64,000 bases of DNA from Bigelowiella natans CCMP2755. Lineage: Eukaryota > Protista > Cercozoa. Below, one piece after another: positions 25,699 through 39,160 of this stretch. Each line of letters starts with the position of its first letter. Position 1 is the stretch's first letter. The notes under the pieces were generated by a model. The model was not told the origin of the DNA, did no database searches, and saw only the letters and a program-made list of their open reading frames with translations. The translations under genes and the position numbers were made by a program. The stretch covers positions 1 to 64,000 of the forward strand of contig ADNK01001701.1 in the NCBI GenBank assembly GCA_000320545.1. Reading direction: 5' to 3'.

Positions 25699-25954
25699 TG
25701 TATGTGTGTGATTGCGTCCGTGTTTGTAGAATGTAGAATGTAGAATGTAAGCACTTATGATGTACATGTAGATGATTCACGTTGGAAGAAGAGGTAAGAT
25801 CAAGAGAGCAAAAGGCGATTAAAAAATACGAATAAGAAGGCAAAATGTAAGATGGGGTACTCTGAAGAGGATCATTGACGGTAGGGCTCGGCTCGGCTTG
25901 GGGAGGAGAGATCACCCCGGTTAGGGTTCCATCGACGGGACGAGCAGATGCCAT
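23216..25954 (-). CDS. Multi-exon hypothetical membrane protein (could be two genes)
   Basis: MASARPVDG.. start. Exon WDCLYGLPF..VYAAICLVHPWHPFDRTERINFLIFQTTSIMLLTALLA and ESFLLISCLASTVCLISGLAIGLW are TM-like. Terminal exon ..PRNWRNDCPYINEGEGNV*. Confidence 0.45.
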
Positions 25955-26130
25955 TGCAGTTGATCAGGTCTGGTCTAAGTATCGCGATTATGCCGTTACA
26001 GCTTCTTTGACCAAGAGGGGTTGTCGTAGGTATAAAATGGGCCAAAAATGCAACGGTTTTTTACGTCGGAGAGGGCTTTCGAAAATACGAGGCTGTTTTT
26101 TGGAAAATTTGTTTTGAAAATGAGCCAAAA

Positions 26131-26621
26131 TAGGGTGTGATCCACGGATTGATTTTGGATGGATATCGTCGATTTCCGACCCCATAAAAATTCGGTAAGT
26201 ACTTTTAAAATTTCGCGCGGTCGAATTTCGTGAGCAAGAACTTGCCTTACTCAGGAATTCCGTACAGGTTTGCTCGACGATTTCCGTCCATGAGGAAAAA
26301 GACATGAGTTTCAGATATGCGACAACTACATTGACATTCTTTTTTTTTTAATAAAAATGATTAGATCTCGTCTGTATGACACAATATTAACGATGTCGTA
26401 CATATAAAATCGAGTATTGGGTTCTCATCTTTCGGTCGGTTGTTCCATAAAGGGGGCAAAATGTGTTGTCGCACTGTGCAAAATCAATGCGAAATGACTG
26501 TGTTTAGTTTTCAACAATTTCCGTCCGTGGAAGACCATTATAAGCTCACGAAGGTGCACCGGAAATCATCGAAATCCATCCTGGACGGATTTCGTCGATT
26601 TCCAAACGGTGGATCACACCC

Positions 26622-26623
<2 letters not shown>
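26131..26623. mobile_element. Non-autonomous TIR element (MITE), hAT-like ends
   Basis: TAGGGTGTGATCCAC at 26131-26145 and its exact reverse complement at 26609-26623 (18/20 extended). Subterminal motif GGATWTCGTCGATTTCC at 26161 and 26587. No coding capacity. No TSD visible. Confidence 0.7.
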
Positions 26624-26671
<48 letters not shown>

Positions 26672-26689
26672 TCTGGATATTCATCCGAT

Positions 26690-28663
26690 AATAATCCATG
26701 ATGATGATCCGCACTACCAGATCGATCTAGCACTAACGCAGCAAACGACATTGACAGAGTGGCGGCAGCACAAAATGCACGTATCTGCCCTACACCGAAA
26801 CCGAAAGAAATAGCCGCTGCAGCAGCAACGTCATTGTTTTCGCGTGCAACAGGCAGACCGTGCTGGTGACTACCGTCAGTAGCGAGTACTGCGTGCTCCC
26901 GTTGATCCGGATGATGACTGATCACGATTGATTGTGCTCAACCAAATTGCGCAATTCGCTGGAAGCTTCTCAACATTTCTCCAGTCAGTAGCAGGGATTC
27001 GGCGTTTCGAAGTAAAAATGGCCTGCAATTATCTCTTTGTACTCTTTTTGAGTTGTTCCACCTTCCACCACGTGCCTCAAATTGACAACCCGCCCCTCCA
27101 GTGTTGCACGGGGACCATGGAAGCTGCAACTGTGAGGGAACATGAATAAACAAGCTTCGTTGATGTAATGGGTATTCTACATCTAATCTGAATCAGGCGT
27201 GGGTATTTTCGGATTTTGCAAAATTAGCCTTGGCTTTTGTTGGCTTCATCCTCACAAGTTGTCTCATTTTAAGTCCAAGTCCTCTTCCTGTAAAGCGAAA
27301 TGTTCACTGGTATCATACATACTGTCGAATAATTGACATTTCACTGATGAGCACATTGCAGGATGCTGCTACCAGCATTTCTTTTCCAAATCTTTCTGTG
27401 GATGGGAATTCATGGAGTTGTCCTCCAAATGGAATGGCAAAGTGTTTTAATTCTCAGAGCAATTGCATTTGTAAGCAACCATGCAAATCATCCATGTGCA
27501 ATGTTCATGAAAATATCTGATTTTTAATGCAGATGCTTGTGTTGGAGATTTTAAACTATGGTAATACTTGAAAGAGTTACGTTGGCTCAAATTTGGAACA
27601 TTCTCACTGTGCTTTTGTGGAATAACGTAAATTATCGTTTAGTTTTATATCTGGTGTCGCTTGCGAACCACGCCTTCGCTAGCAAGCTACGAAGCCTGAA
27701 CCACGGTCTTCCAAATTACATGGGTAAGAGGAAAGCTCGTATGTAAAAATATACTGTCTAAGGGTTGACAAAATACATGCAGTTGTCTTATTCTGGACAA
27801 GCGCTGGAATTTTATTAGCCACAACAATACTCTCTGTAATTCTTGTGCTGGCTCTAAATCGGGTTCAATTTTATATCTTTAAGTATAATCAGATGCACTG
27901 ATTGTGAGAGTTCTGCAGACAATATTCGATTCAATTCGGTTTTGTGGGATGCTAATGACTGTCGGACTCTCAGGTATGGCTGTTAATTAAAATATCGTCG
28001 TTTCAGTAAAGTTTCAACGTTATGTTATCAAAAGGAGGAGGATTTCTCTTTACAATAATCATGTTAAAGCTGAGATTGTCAAAAAAGATTGCAAGTTCAA
28101 TAGAAAAAGGGTACCAAATGCGAAACATAAATACCGCGCCCGCCAACTGTGTAATTTTCCCAAATAAGGACCAGAGTACATGAACGAGGCTCATACGCTC
28201 GTCCTTCATCTACTTCGCCGAAACATGGAGTAAGTCCACCAATTAAAAACTTTCCACCTCTCTTATTCATCGACCTATTAGTCAAGCTTCGCGAACTCTA
28301 TGCGGAAAGATGAACAAAATGACCAGAAAAAAACCCAAGAAAAGTAAAATTGTCACAGATACGATTCATTTTGATTGAAACCTCCACTATGAACTTAGTA
28401 GTGGAGCAGGGAATAGTGGCCCAGGGAGTCCTACACTTCCGTCTTTACGTGTTCCTGCAGACATAAGACTGAGTGATCTTCGCTTAAGCGATCTCAATCT
28501 CAAAGCTGGCACCGAATCACTTGTTGGTGAGCTTCTTTCTTCCAATGGAGAACTGACACCTGGTACTCCTGGACTGACTCGCAAGGCTAGTAAGACAGAG
28601 GAAGTTCAGGAAATGGTAATAAAGGGATCGTCACTTCTGTTTTAGGCAGATGATTCGATAAGT

Positions 28664-28697
<34 letters not shown>

Positions 28698-29620
28698 CCT
28701 CGTCTTCTCTTTCACCACCATATCTTATGTTCGTGTGTGTGTGTGTGTGTGTGTTTGTGGGCGTGTAAAATCTTGAGGAGGCATCCTCGCAGATTAACTC
28801 TGAGAGGAAAAACAAAAATGCCGTAATTCATGGAAATAAAGGGGGACCTGACCTAGCCTTGAAAATCGAAGGTGGTTCTGGTGTCGGATCAACGTCAACG
28901 GGGAAGACATCTGAACATAGTTCAGGAAGGCTGATAAAGTTTGGAAGCAATGGGAAAGTCATGATGAGAAATCAGCGTTCACATCGAATGACTCAACGAG
29001 AAAGAGACACGAAAAAGTTTCAACTATTGCAGCGAAAGGTGCGTAAGCGTTGAGTATCAAAATTATTTATGCTCAGAACGAATCGACTCTGAACGTATCG
29101 AAACTGCCTTCTATAGTTGTCTGTCCTTCTTTGGACTGGAGTTCCTCTAGAAACTCTTGCCCTCGTTACCATTGCCGGAACTGTGTACGGGTAACCATGT
29201 TTGTTTTTAGTGGTAGTAGGGTTCATAGGTTCTATTGTTGGTATGCATTTCAATTTTTTTCTGTTCGCATGCATGGTTTTGGTACAAAATTCATATGCTA
29301 TGATTGTCCAGATCTCTACGCACGAGCCCTGATGCAACATCCTCTGGAACTTTGGAGGAAGATGCTAATAACTACGATGTGTTCGCAGACGGAGGACTTT
29401 GGAGTTTGAGCCTAACATCCTTTTTCCTTCTGGCTTATGCGTGGAATCCCATACGAATATCATGTATAGAATGCAGACGAAAGCTGATTGATTGTGATTG
29501 GAGCGAAGGCATCAGGCGCGAGAAGTAATCTCAGTTCAGTCGATGAACTGGGAATATCTCGACATTTCTTCTTCGCTTGAAACAAGTTTCATTGTTTTCC
29601 ACATTGTTCACACAATCGAC
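26690..29620 (-). other. Possible gene or pseudogene exon fragments of unknown product
   Basis: Several protein-like minus-strand segments (e.g. 28387-28584 S/P-rich; 28860-28960 PLLPNFISLPELCSDVFPVDVDPTPEPPSIFKARS ending at a GT). I could not assemble them into one frame. Confidence 0.25.
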
Positions 29621-29818
29621 CACAAAACTTTGCATTTACATAATGTAACGAGAAAATAATAAAATTTAGTAGATTGGTGTATTAGTATCGAAACTCACGT
29701 AATATATTTAGATTTCTTGTAAATTACTCTTGGTTTCTTACATACAGTCTCGGTCGTCATTAATTATCACATAGATCACAATTTGCGCTTGCGCCAGCAT
29801 TCATCGCGCTGCTCACGA

Positions 29819-30347
29819 CTAGCTAGCTAGACGACATAACTTGTAGTCTCCCCCCATGCTCTTGAACATCGTGTGTCTAGCTCCAGATCTATTTATAGAT
29901 GTGTCACTGTCTAGCTGTCTAACTAGCTAGCTATGTACATTTGCACAAAGAAAATGTCGAGACATGCTAGCATGTCTGCTGGATGTGTAGACGTTCTAGC
30001 GCTGCATCGCAATCTAGTAATGCTAGAATGCACCAGCTAGCCAGTCTTGTTTAGCAGTGCAGACTAGCAGAGTGCGAGGTGCCAATCAACTGTCTAGCTG
30101 TCAAGGAAATAATTCTTGTCCATGAACATAGCTAGATAGCCATAGCTAGATAGCTTCTTCATTTACGTTTACGTCTACTAGTCTAGACAATGCGTACTAG
30201 CTAGCTAGCGTACTCTAGATATGAAAGACTGGCTAGCTGGCAGATGAGACGATCTAGCGATCTAGCGATGACAAAATGTCGGAAGCTAGCCTAGTCTAGT
30301 AGTAGCAGCTAGCTAGCTCTAGAGCTAGGCAGGCTAGCAGGGCTAGA
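29819..30347. repeat. CTAG-saturated degenerate intergenic tract
   Basis: About 34 CTAG tetramers counted by eye in ~530 nt, many as GCTAGCTAGC runs. Not a regular tandem repeat. Confidence 0.85.
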
Positions 30348-30574
30348 GGGCATATCTCATGCAATCAAAATTCGCAGGGCTTACAGCAAAATGCCATGTA
30401 TGTGATTCACTATATCTATGTAATGACATAAATAAATGAACCACACATTAGCTTGCATCACCTCTAATCTAGTCATGGCCCATCCTTGATTTCTACCACA
30501 ACTGCTGATGTAGATCATGCCCTAAAGTCAACCTTCACGTTTCCATAGAAATTGTCCACGCAACAAAGCGTACA

Positions 30575-33075
30575 TCAGCTCAACAACTTCTCAAGCTCAG
30601 AAGAGCGGAGAAATTTGTTCCAAACTTTGAACCCGGTGCTCTTTGTCAGAAGCCATTTGTGCACACCATCTCCCCCCTCCTCCTCCTCCCCCTTAGTATC
30701 ATCGACCCTGCTACTTCTTGGCATTCTTTGAACGACGCACCCTTTAACCCACCAGTCATCTTTGGTACAACGCCCAATCCAATCGTGACACTTACTAGTT
30801 TTATCATCTCCGATATAGAAGTAATCGCCGGAATGAAGCACACCGTGAGCTTCCACACGTGTTGCTTTCCCATCCTCCATCACCGAAAATATAACCTAGT
30901 ACATTGTGGCAGCGGTGTATATTAACAAATGAATAATACTTTGATCACATCGATATGTTTTATGACTAAAGCAAGCATGCATCCGAGAGAGCTACGGAAT
31001 GAATCATTATGCAGTGTGACCTAATTTATGTTTCAAGAATCTAAAGACTATATTGCCTTGGATAGCTGTTGCTCTCGTGTAGCTATTTCACTTATATCCA
31101 TACTCATATAATAATAATTATTATTATTATTTGTAGTAGTAATGGCAGTACTAGTAGTAGTAGTAGTAGTAGTAGTAGTAGCTATAGAACTCACTTCATT
31201 CGTACAACGATGCCCTCGAAAATTATCGTCGGGATGATGATGATGCTGCTGCTGATGATGATGGTGATTACTATCATGAGTCTGAGATAAAGATATGGAC
31301 AAAAGGGTCAAAATAAGAGAATTCTATGGGTGAATGGTGTTACATGAAGTGGCTCTTGGGGCGTATCTTCAAAAATGAGCTCGCCTGTTTCTGCACTCAG
31401 AACCTTAAGTAGAATATACATTGTGCATATTTAACGAAGAAACGACAACAACAACAACAACATAAGTAGAGCTGCGCAAGGTCTCCGTATACACGCAGAT
31501 CGTCATCAGCATAAAAAAAAAGAACAACAGCAACGAGCTTCTACTACTATTTCGATGTATTATTAACTTTATAAAGCGGTTCTCATCCCGACATGGAAGT
31601 GTTTATTTCTTCTTCTTCTTCTTCTTCTTCTTCTTCTTCTTCTTCTTTTTCTTCTCATCATCATTTGTTATTATCAACACTAACTATAATAATAATAATC
31701 ATCATCATTGTCATAATAACAGTACATGTGCGCTATATGACGTATCCCCCGTGCAGATCTGACGATGATGAAGGGATAGGAGCATATTACAACATGCCGA
31801 TGAAGATGACGAACGAGGGCATGGTATTATTGATGATGATGACCACTGGTGATGAGAGGAGGACGAGTATTCTGAGAGAATCTTCATTGTACTACTACAA
31901 CTACTACTACTACTACTACTACTACTACTGGTGCTGCTGCTATAAGAACAACCATCAAATCTGTTTCTGGACATCTGATGAAAAGGGGCGCATCCTGACC
32001 ATGAGCAAACACGTCGTCCATAATTCGATATTGACGATGATACTCAGTACATGCATGTTGAACAGTTTGCCGTTGTTGTTGTTGTTGTTGTTGGCGGAGG
32101 CGTTATACTATTTTAACGACTGAATGCCCAAAACTACTTATGCTTTTTGTATTACTATTCCTCACTATTGTTACGATCATGATAATTATTTTTATTATCT
32201 TTACTATCATCATTACAGTTTATCATCATCATATGTAGGAGCAGTAAATACCCCATGAGGCTTGTGTCCAGATGCAATCTTGCTGACCCCATTTCTAATG
32301 ATGATTTTGAAGATTAGCACCAAAACCGTCTTCTTATTCTTATCGTGATTCCAACAAGCGTTTGGTGGATATCCATTCTTCCATTCATTCTGTATTTATT
32401 CTCTCTTCTTCTCTCTTCTTCTTCCTCGCCATCTCCTTCATCCTCCTCTCCCAGTATCATTTCTAGTGCGTATGCAGTACCGGATAAGATCACGGCACAT
32501 TTGTACGTTCGGGTACTTTGGAGCACCCTTAGGATTGGAAAAGGAGGGGTGGAGGGGAATGCAAATAGTGTTTGGATTAATTTTTTCGCTTTTGTGAAAC
32601 AATATTATTTTCTCCATTTTCTTCTTCTGATTCTTCTTGATCATCGTCATCACCTTCTCACCTCCTCTCACCCTACGAATTCTCTTCGCAGAATAGTAGT
32701 AGTAGTGGTAGTGGTAGTAGTAGTAGTGGTGGTGGTAGTAGTATTACCTCAGATAAAAAGTCGTTATAAATAACACTTCGAGTTCTTTCACGGTTTGGAG
32801 GGGGGCATCTAGTCAATCGAGAATAATCAGAAATAAAGGATCACGTCCTCTTCTTCTTCTTCTTCTTCTTCTTCTTCTTCTTCCCAAATGCAAAAATCAT
32901 GATCTCTCTATGTGTAAGACTAGTACCTTCCCATCCCATATTGCATCAACCTGCTTCCTGGGGCTGGATTGTCGTATCTGAGGAAATAAAGGAACAACGC
33001 ACCATCATCATGAGGATGATGGTGATGGTGATGGTGATGACCACGACAATTTTGCATATCACAACTGATGCAATA

Positions 33076-33114
<39 letters not shown>

Positions 33115-33372
33115 CGTATTTACCCTCCCTGCAAGCCCCATACCAGCTTCGAATCCCTGCCATAATCGATCTCCTCGAGCTCTCTCTGATTTTCAAATTA
33201 TAGATAAATTGACGTTAATGAGACTTCTATTGATGGTCCATTTTTCGTCTGCATTGCTTACGTGTATGGTGGATTTGATGAAGTAGATGAACGAAGAGAA
33301 CAAGGAAAAGAGGAGGAAGAGTCTTTTGCCACCCAATCATCAATCATCCATCACCATGATAACCATCATCAG

Positions 33373-33406
<34 letters not shown>

Positions 33407-33535
33407 GTGGTCATCATCATCATTATTATCATCATCATGATGAGACCTGTTTGAAAGCTTCAAGATCTCTTAGCCATTCTCCCACTTTCACTTTGTCGGA
33501 ATACTCTCCTCCCCTCTCTTGGCCATTTGCTCCTG

Positions 33536-33573
<38 letters not shown>

Positions 33574-33893
33574 ATAGAAAGCTGTATTTCACTAGGTAAA
33601 GGCCTTGTTTGGATATGTTGATTCTCGAAGCAAACATTGATTTACAATCGCAAGATAGACCAGGCACTACTATCGTTTGATATCATCTTCTTACATAGCA
33701 GAGAGACACGCATATTGTACTTTTCCTCCCCCTCCCCCATTTAAATATAGATGTAGCAGTTGCCTGTTACAACGTACCAGAGTGAGCAGCCCCCCCCTCT
33801 GGATTTAAGGGGGGGGGGACATATCCGTACGATGAGGGGTCGACAGCACCATGGACGAATAAGACGTCCTAAATCATGGTCAACCAAGTGAAT

Positions 33894-33929
<36 letters not shown>

Positions 33930-35033
33930 AATGATGGCATGTATAAGGGAGGAGGGCTCCTCCTCCTCCTCCTCCTCCTCCTCCTCCTCCTTTTCCTTTG
34001 CCACCCCACAGCAGATCATAACGCATCTAACGTATCTAAAAATGACTAATTACGTTGATTTTCAGTGCAATATGGCCTTTTTCCAGTAACTAAGCAATGA
34101 GGAGATGGAGAGTGGGTTAGGAGAGAAAGATAAAACAGCCGATAAAGTTAATGAGGTGTTGTTCGTCTCTATGGGATTTCATCATCATGTGATTCTCTTA
34201 AATAGCAGTAAGGAGTGTGACCTTCCAGTGATTGTTTGCTCGATTAGTCTCCCTATCATCGTCACCACCGCTATCATCATCATCACCATTGTCATTGTTG
34301 TTGTTGTTGTTATTGTAGTTCTTGAGGTTGCTTATGAAGCTCCTAGCGACCTCCGTATCGCTTACAGAGTCGATAGCTGATGTATATGATAGTGATGATA
34401 GAGGCAGAGCGAGACCAAAACATGATGCTCATCAGCCGTAATTTCAATGACTCAAGTCCGCTCAAAAACGTTGTGTGCACACAAGGAGGAAGACTTATGA
34501 TGCAGAGAGCTTAAAGGAGGAATGTAAACATCATAGTATTCGGATACTACATTGTCCTTGAATCTGAGCGATTTCAAATCTTCGGAACTCAAATGTGTTA
34601 GGGCAGCCCATCGTTCTCTGTTAGAAGCAGCAACAGTAGTTATGGGGGTAGGGTAGGGAAAGATGAGAAGACAAGAGAAACATCATCGTCAAAATCACGC
34701 ACTAGCTGCTCATATGGACTATTTAGAGAAATGGCCTGCATCATCCTACTTCCTTAAGAAGCAATATAACGCTCTTTTTCTTGGTAAATGCTTCTCTATT
34801 TCTAAATGCTACTCCTCTGCCTCCCACAACCCCTCCCCCTTGCCTTCACCTTCATTTACTAGCGGTGAAGAGGATGGAGTATTCGAATACGCACGCACGC
34901 ACACACACACACACACACACACACATACCTTTAGCATCCATTGCAATTTATCGACTTGATTCAATGATCCAGTAGGCTCTTTCACCCAATATGGTCCTTT
35001 TGTTGTGTGATAATTGTCAGGAGCTTTTTAACG

Positions 35034-35072
<39 letters not shown>

Positions 35073-35493
35073 TAATATACTAACGTTAATTGCAAGTAAC
35101 GAATATGATCTCTCTTTTTTCCCCCCCCCCCCCCCCCCCCCCCCCTCTCTCTCTCTCTCCTCATGCATGTTTGCACGCATGAGGACCATCTGGAAGAGCA
35201 CTTTCTGACAGCTCGGATATCAACCGCAGCTTATTAACGTCTCGATTGCCCAAGATAAAGTACACCTGAACAAAAGTAAGAGCGGAGATTATCAATTGTT
35301 GTGAGAGCCCCTTCTTACATCTTTCTCCTCCTCCTCCTCATCCTCGTGACGATCGTCATCATCATGATGGTAGTAGTAATGCATACGGACATGGTAAATG
35401 TGATGGGGATGATGACGACGATGACAATGATGATGATGATGATAATGATGATGATGATGATTGCTTCAACAACTAGCCATGAAACGCCGAGGC

Positions 35494-35526
<33 letters not shown>

Positions 35527-36911
35527 TATATTTGGAGGTAATTCGCTTTTTGCTGAGGTTGTAATCTATCATTTGTGACGCTGTTGTTCGGTATATATCA
35601 CCCTATCAGGATATCGTGCTTTAAGGTCAAGCTGCATCAACAGTAGCAGCGTAGGAGTAATACATGAAAAATAAGCACAAACGTCAGGAATATGGCGAGT
35701 ATATCACTATCATCATCATCATCATCATCATCGACGTGGTCAATGGGATACGTAGTAAATAACCAACACCACCATTTTCATCACCACCACCTCCACAACC
35801 ACCACCACCATCATCATCATCAAACTACCACGTCTTGAACAACTCGAAGGTCTCCGGTACCTGCACATTTCCGATATTAACGATTATAGAAGTTGAGGAA
35901 GAAGATAATAAATTGAGGCGTTCCTATTCTCATGTTCAAAGAAATGTAGTATTAGCTGTAGTAGTAGCAGCCATAGCATCAGGGTTATTATGGTGCTCCT
36001 AATGGGTACTACATACGACTTTTAAAAAAAATGTGATGGCCTATACCTCTATCAACCATATCTCCACCAAAGACGAGCAAACATCTGATTTAAATGATGA
36101 TGATGATGATGATGATGATGATGCTGATGATGGTTGCTAGTGTAGCGTGACTAACAGCATAACACAGAGAATCCATTCTACAGACCATACAGGATGTATC
36201 TTTGTCCTTAAGATAAAATAATGCCTTGACTAAAACAACTGCCAACATACGATCTCTGCTGCTGCATGAACTACTCTTTGTTGCTACAAGCACCCGTCAT
36301 TCAACTTCAGCGTTCTTGAGTCAGGATCTCGGTATAGGATCTTGCTCAATTTTATGTACCTCTTCCAAAAACTACGAAAACAATGTGAAGGATGAGGGAG
36401 GTGAGGTAGTAGTAGTCAAAGGACAATGTACGAGTCGATGATGCTGGACACAACGATGGACGCGGTGATGGCGACTAGCGAACATAGTTAAATATTGTTA
36501 CCTCAAGCTGCCTTCAATATCTGTTATGAAGCCTATTTTCGTCCCTGGCTTTGCTGTTATCATATTACACCGATGATCTGCTAGAAGTGTTTCTCCTGAC
36601 TGTGAGGATGGCGATGTAGAGAAATGTCTTTCCACGAGCATCTGTCCTCGATTCACAAACAACGAGGATGGTGAGAGGGAGCGCAAATTTGTGGGTGTTG
36701 AGACCCCGTCCTTCACTGCTGCCTGAGGTTTGAGGTTGTTCTTAGCCACTCCTTTCGAGAACGACGACGACGATGATGATGATGGTGATGATGATGATGG
36801 TGATGATGATGTCCCGAGAACTACCACACGCTGTACCCTTGGTCGACGGGTCACCGGGATCATTCTCTGGACAATAGTGGTCAGGCAGCAAGGTGCAGAA
36901 ACTTGCAGCAT
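30575..36911 (-). CDS. Calcineurin-like metallophosphoesterase domain protein (protist-type), many exons, possible mitochondrial presequence
   Basis: KIGFITDIEGS, LDLKARYPDR/VYFILGNRDVNKLRLISEL, DVLFVHGAV, IASGHKPHG, ICTGDTSYS. Terminal exon ..HGVLHSG..WIGRCTKDDWWVKG..GFKVWNKFL..*. R/S-rich N-terminus. Confidence 0.82.
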
Positions 36912-37499
36912 CGTTTTCGTGTGGGTTTCTGCCTGGAAGTAGGTCAGATGATGCTGCTAGCGAAAATCTGGCTACAGAAGAGCTGCCTCTCTTTATTCGT
37001 ATTCACTCGCTTTTCAACTTTCGTCTCTGGTGTTGGAAGTAGATGTGGGGGCAGTAGCCAGCAGTAGCTTTAGCAGCTGTAGAGAGGGGTACTTTTGTGT
37101 GAGAGAGAGAGGCAGGAGGGAGGATGGGGATGAATAATGACCATTAAACCAAAACTACTACCACTTCTCCTAGTACTAATTTTAGTCTGAATCTTATGCC
37201 TAAATTATCTAATATTGTCAGAATATGGTGATGAGAATGAGTAGAAGAAATAAATAAAATGAGGAGAGGGAATAGAAGTTGATAGAATCCTCAGTACCTT
37301 TTGGTACAATTAGTATTTTCAATGTTCCCGCTATTTATTGTTGTAATTGTTGTTGTTTTTATCATTAGTTGTTGCTGCTATATCTGCGACAAGCTACCTA
37401 CGAAATCCTTTACACTTCTGACAAGTGGTAATGTGTTTTTTTTAAGGTAAATTTACAACATTATTTTCGGTATTATTGTTGTGAGTTGTTGTGAGCAAT

Positions 37500-38407
37500 C
37501 AAGCAAGCACCCCCCAATTCACATAAAACGGAACGTAACGGGGGAATCAACAGAAGAGCTGAGTGGCTGGTTTGGGGAGCAATCAACTCGTCGCCATGAG
37601 AAGACAACGACGTAAGGCAGATGTGTTCCCGTCGTTGCAAAAGATCGAGGCCAAGGTCACAAACTTAACTTTCTTGTGAATGTGTATGGTTTGTCTTCTC
37701 GTCATAACTCTGCAATAATATTGTTAGGTGGCTAAGGTTTTTTCCGAGAAGGTCGTTCAGTAAATATACCTTATACCATGTAGGCTTTAAGTACGTGTCA
37801 TTTTCTTTGTATATCTGCATAGGGTTGGAAGGATATGATCCCCATTATCGCCTCGTACGCTCACACTGAGTGCACGATACCTTCAAGGTGATTTTTCGTC
37901 TTAATCCCAATGCATTTGTTAAGAATATGGAATGAAGTTTTTCCCAAGTCTTATATACAATTGTAAACCTTATACGGTGAAAGATATGATATCGGACGTG
38001 AAGTAGAAGTATTCACGAAAAGCGTAGGAAGGTAAAAGATTTTCCTCAAGCACACTGATCAGGAATCATGTGAGAAATTCATCCATTATTTCGTACAGAA
38101 ATATCGAGCGATGGAGAAGAGGGACGATAACAAACTTTAAGCTCTCCAAGACAGGGAAGTTGCAGGCCCTGGTAAAGCATATATAGGACACTCTACAACA
38201 AATATATTAACCACGTTACCAAGAGCAAATCATTGTCGATGTGTTTTTCCTAATAATTTCGGTTGTCTTTCAAAGTGTTCACCGACCTGATACATCCCCC
38301 CCCCTTTTCACCATCATCAGGTGACCTACATAGATGGAGTGAAGACCACCAAACCATTCCCTCTCCCAGGTAAAAGGATTCGACTGCCAAAGAAAATTGG
38401 TCGGTGA
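37500..38407 (+). CDS. Small multi-exon protein with an SH3/Tudor-like beta-barrel C-terminus
   Basis: Exons join as YDIGREVEVFTKSVGR/NIERWRRGTITNFKLSKTGKLQAL/VTYIDGVKTTKPFPLPGKRIRLPKKIGR* with canonical splice sites. 5' exons uncertain. Confidence 0.5.
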
Positions 38408-39160
38408 CGTTTAGGATATTTCGTGTAGCTGGCGACATCTCCAACACTGTTGCGATTGTTTTCAAGTTGTCCAAATCATTTTCAAGCGATCTAGTGATGT
38501 CTAGAGGTGCCGCAAGCAGGCATCTCCAGCCACACACATGTAACGTGTAAGTAATCAACAATGCTAGAACGCGAATGTGCATCAGCACACAGTCATCAGT
38601 AATACTAGAATATACCCGATGGTCTATCCACATTGCTAGATTGCTCTTTCACGCATCGTGTAGCACGCACAGGCGCGGGAAAGTGGTTACACTAGTAATA
38701 CAAGTAGCACTAGAGCATGTTGAATCCGGTCGTTTTTGCATCAAGTATTTGCACAATCTAGCAATGTAGTTGTGTGAGAGCACAATCTGCTGCCAATTAC
38801 GATATACTAGAATAGTACAACAACAAAGCTGTGCTAGCTAGTTTGTATATTTGTTTGATGGCATGCCTGTTTTAGTTCAAATTCACCGCTAGGCCGTCCG
38901 TTTACCATTACATAGCGCAACATAAGCGGGCGATGTCCTGTGTCTAGCATCTCCTATAAGGGTTGTTTTGCCTGGCTGCGCAACACTAGAACATGCACGC
39001 ACCGCGAGCGCGGCAAACGTACGGGCTGCTGTAATAATTTTGATATACTTTTTCGCATGCTACATATTGTGTTAATTATTGCCTCAATTAGGACTAATTT
39101 GCATCAGCATTGGCCAGTGCTTTATAAAGGTTAATCAATGCACAATCCAGCTGACTTACA

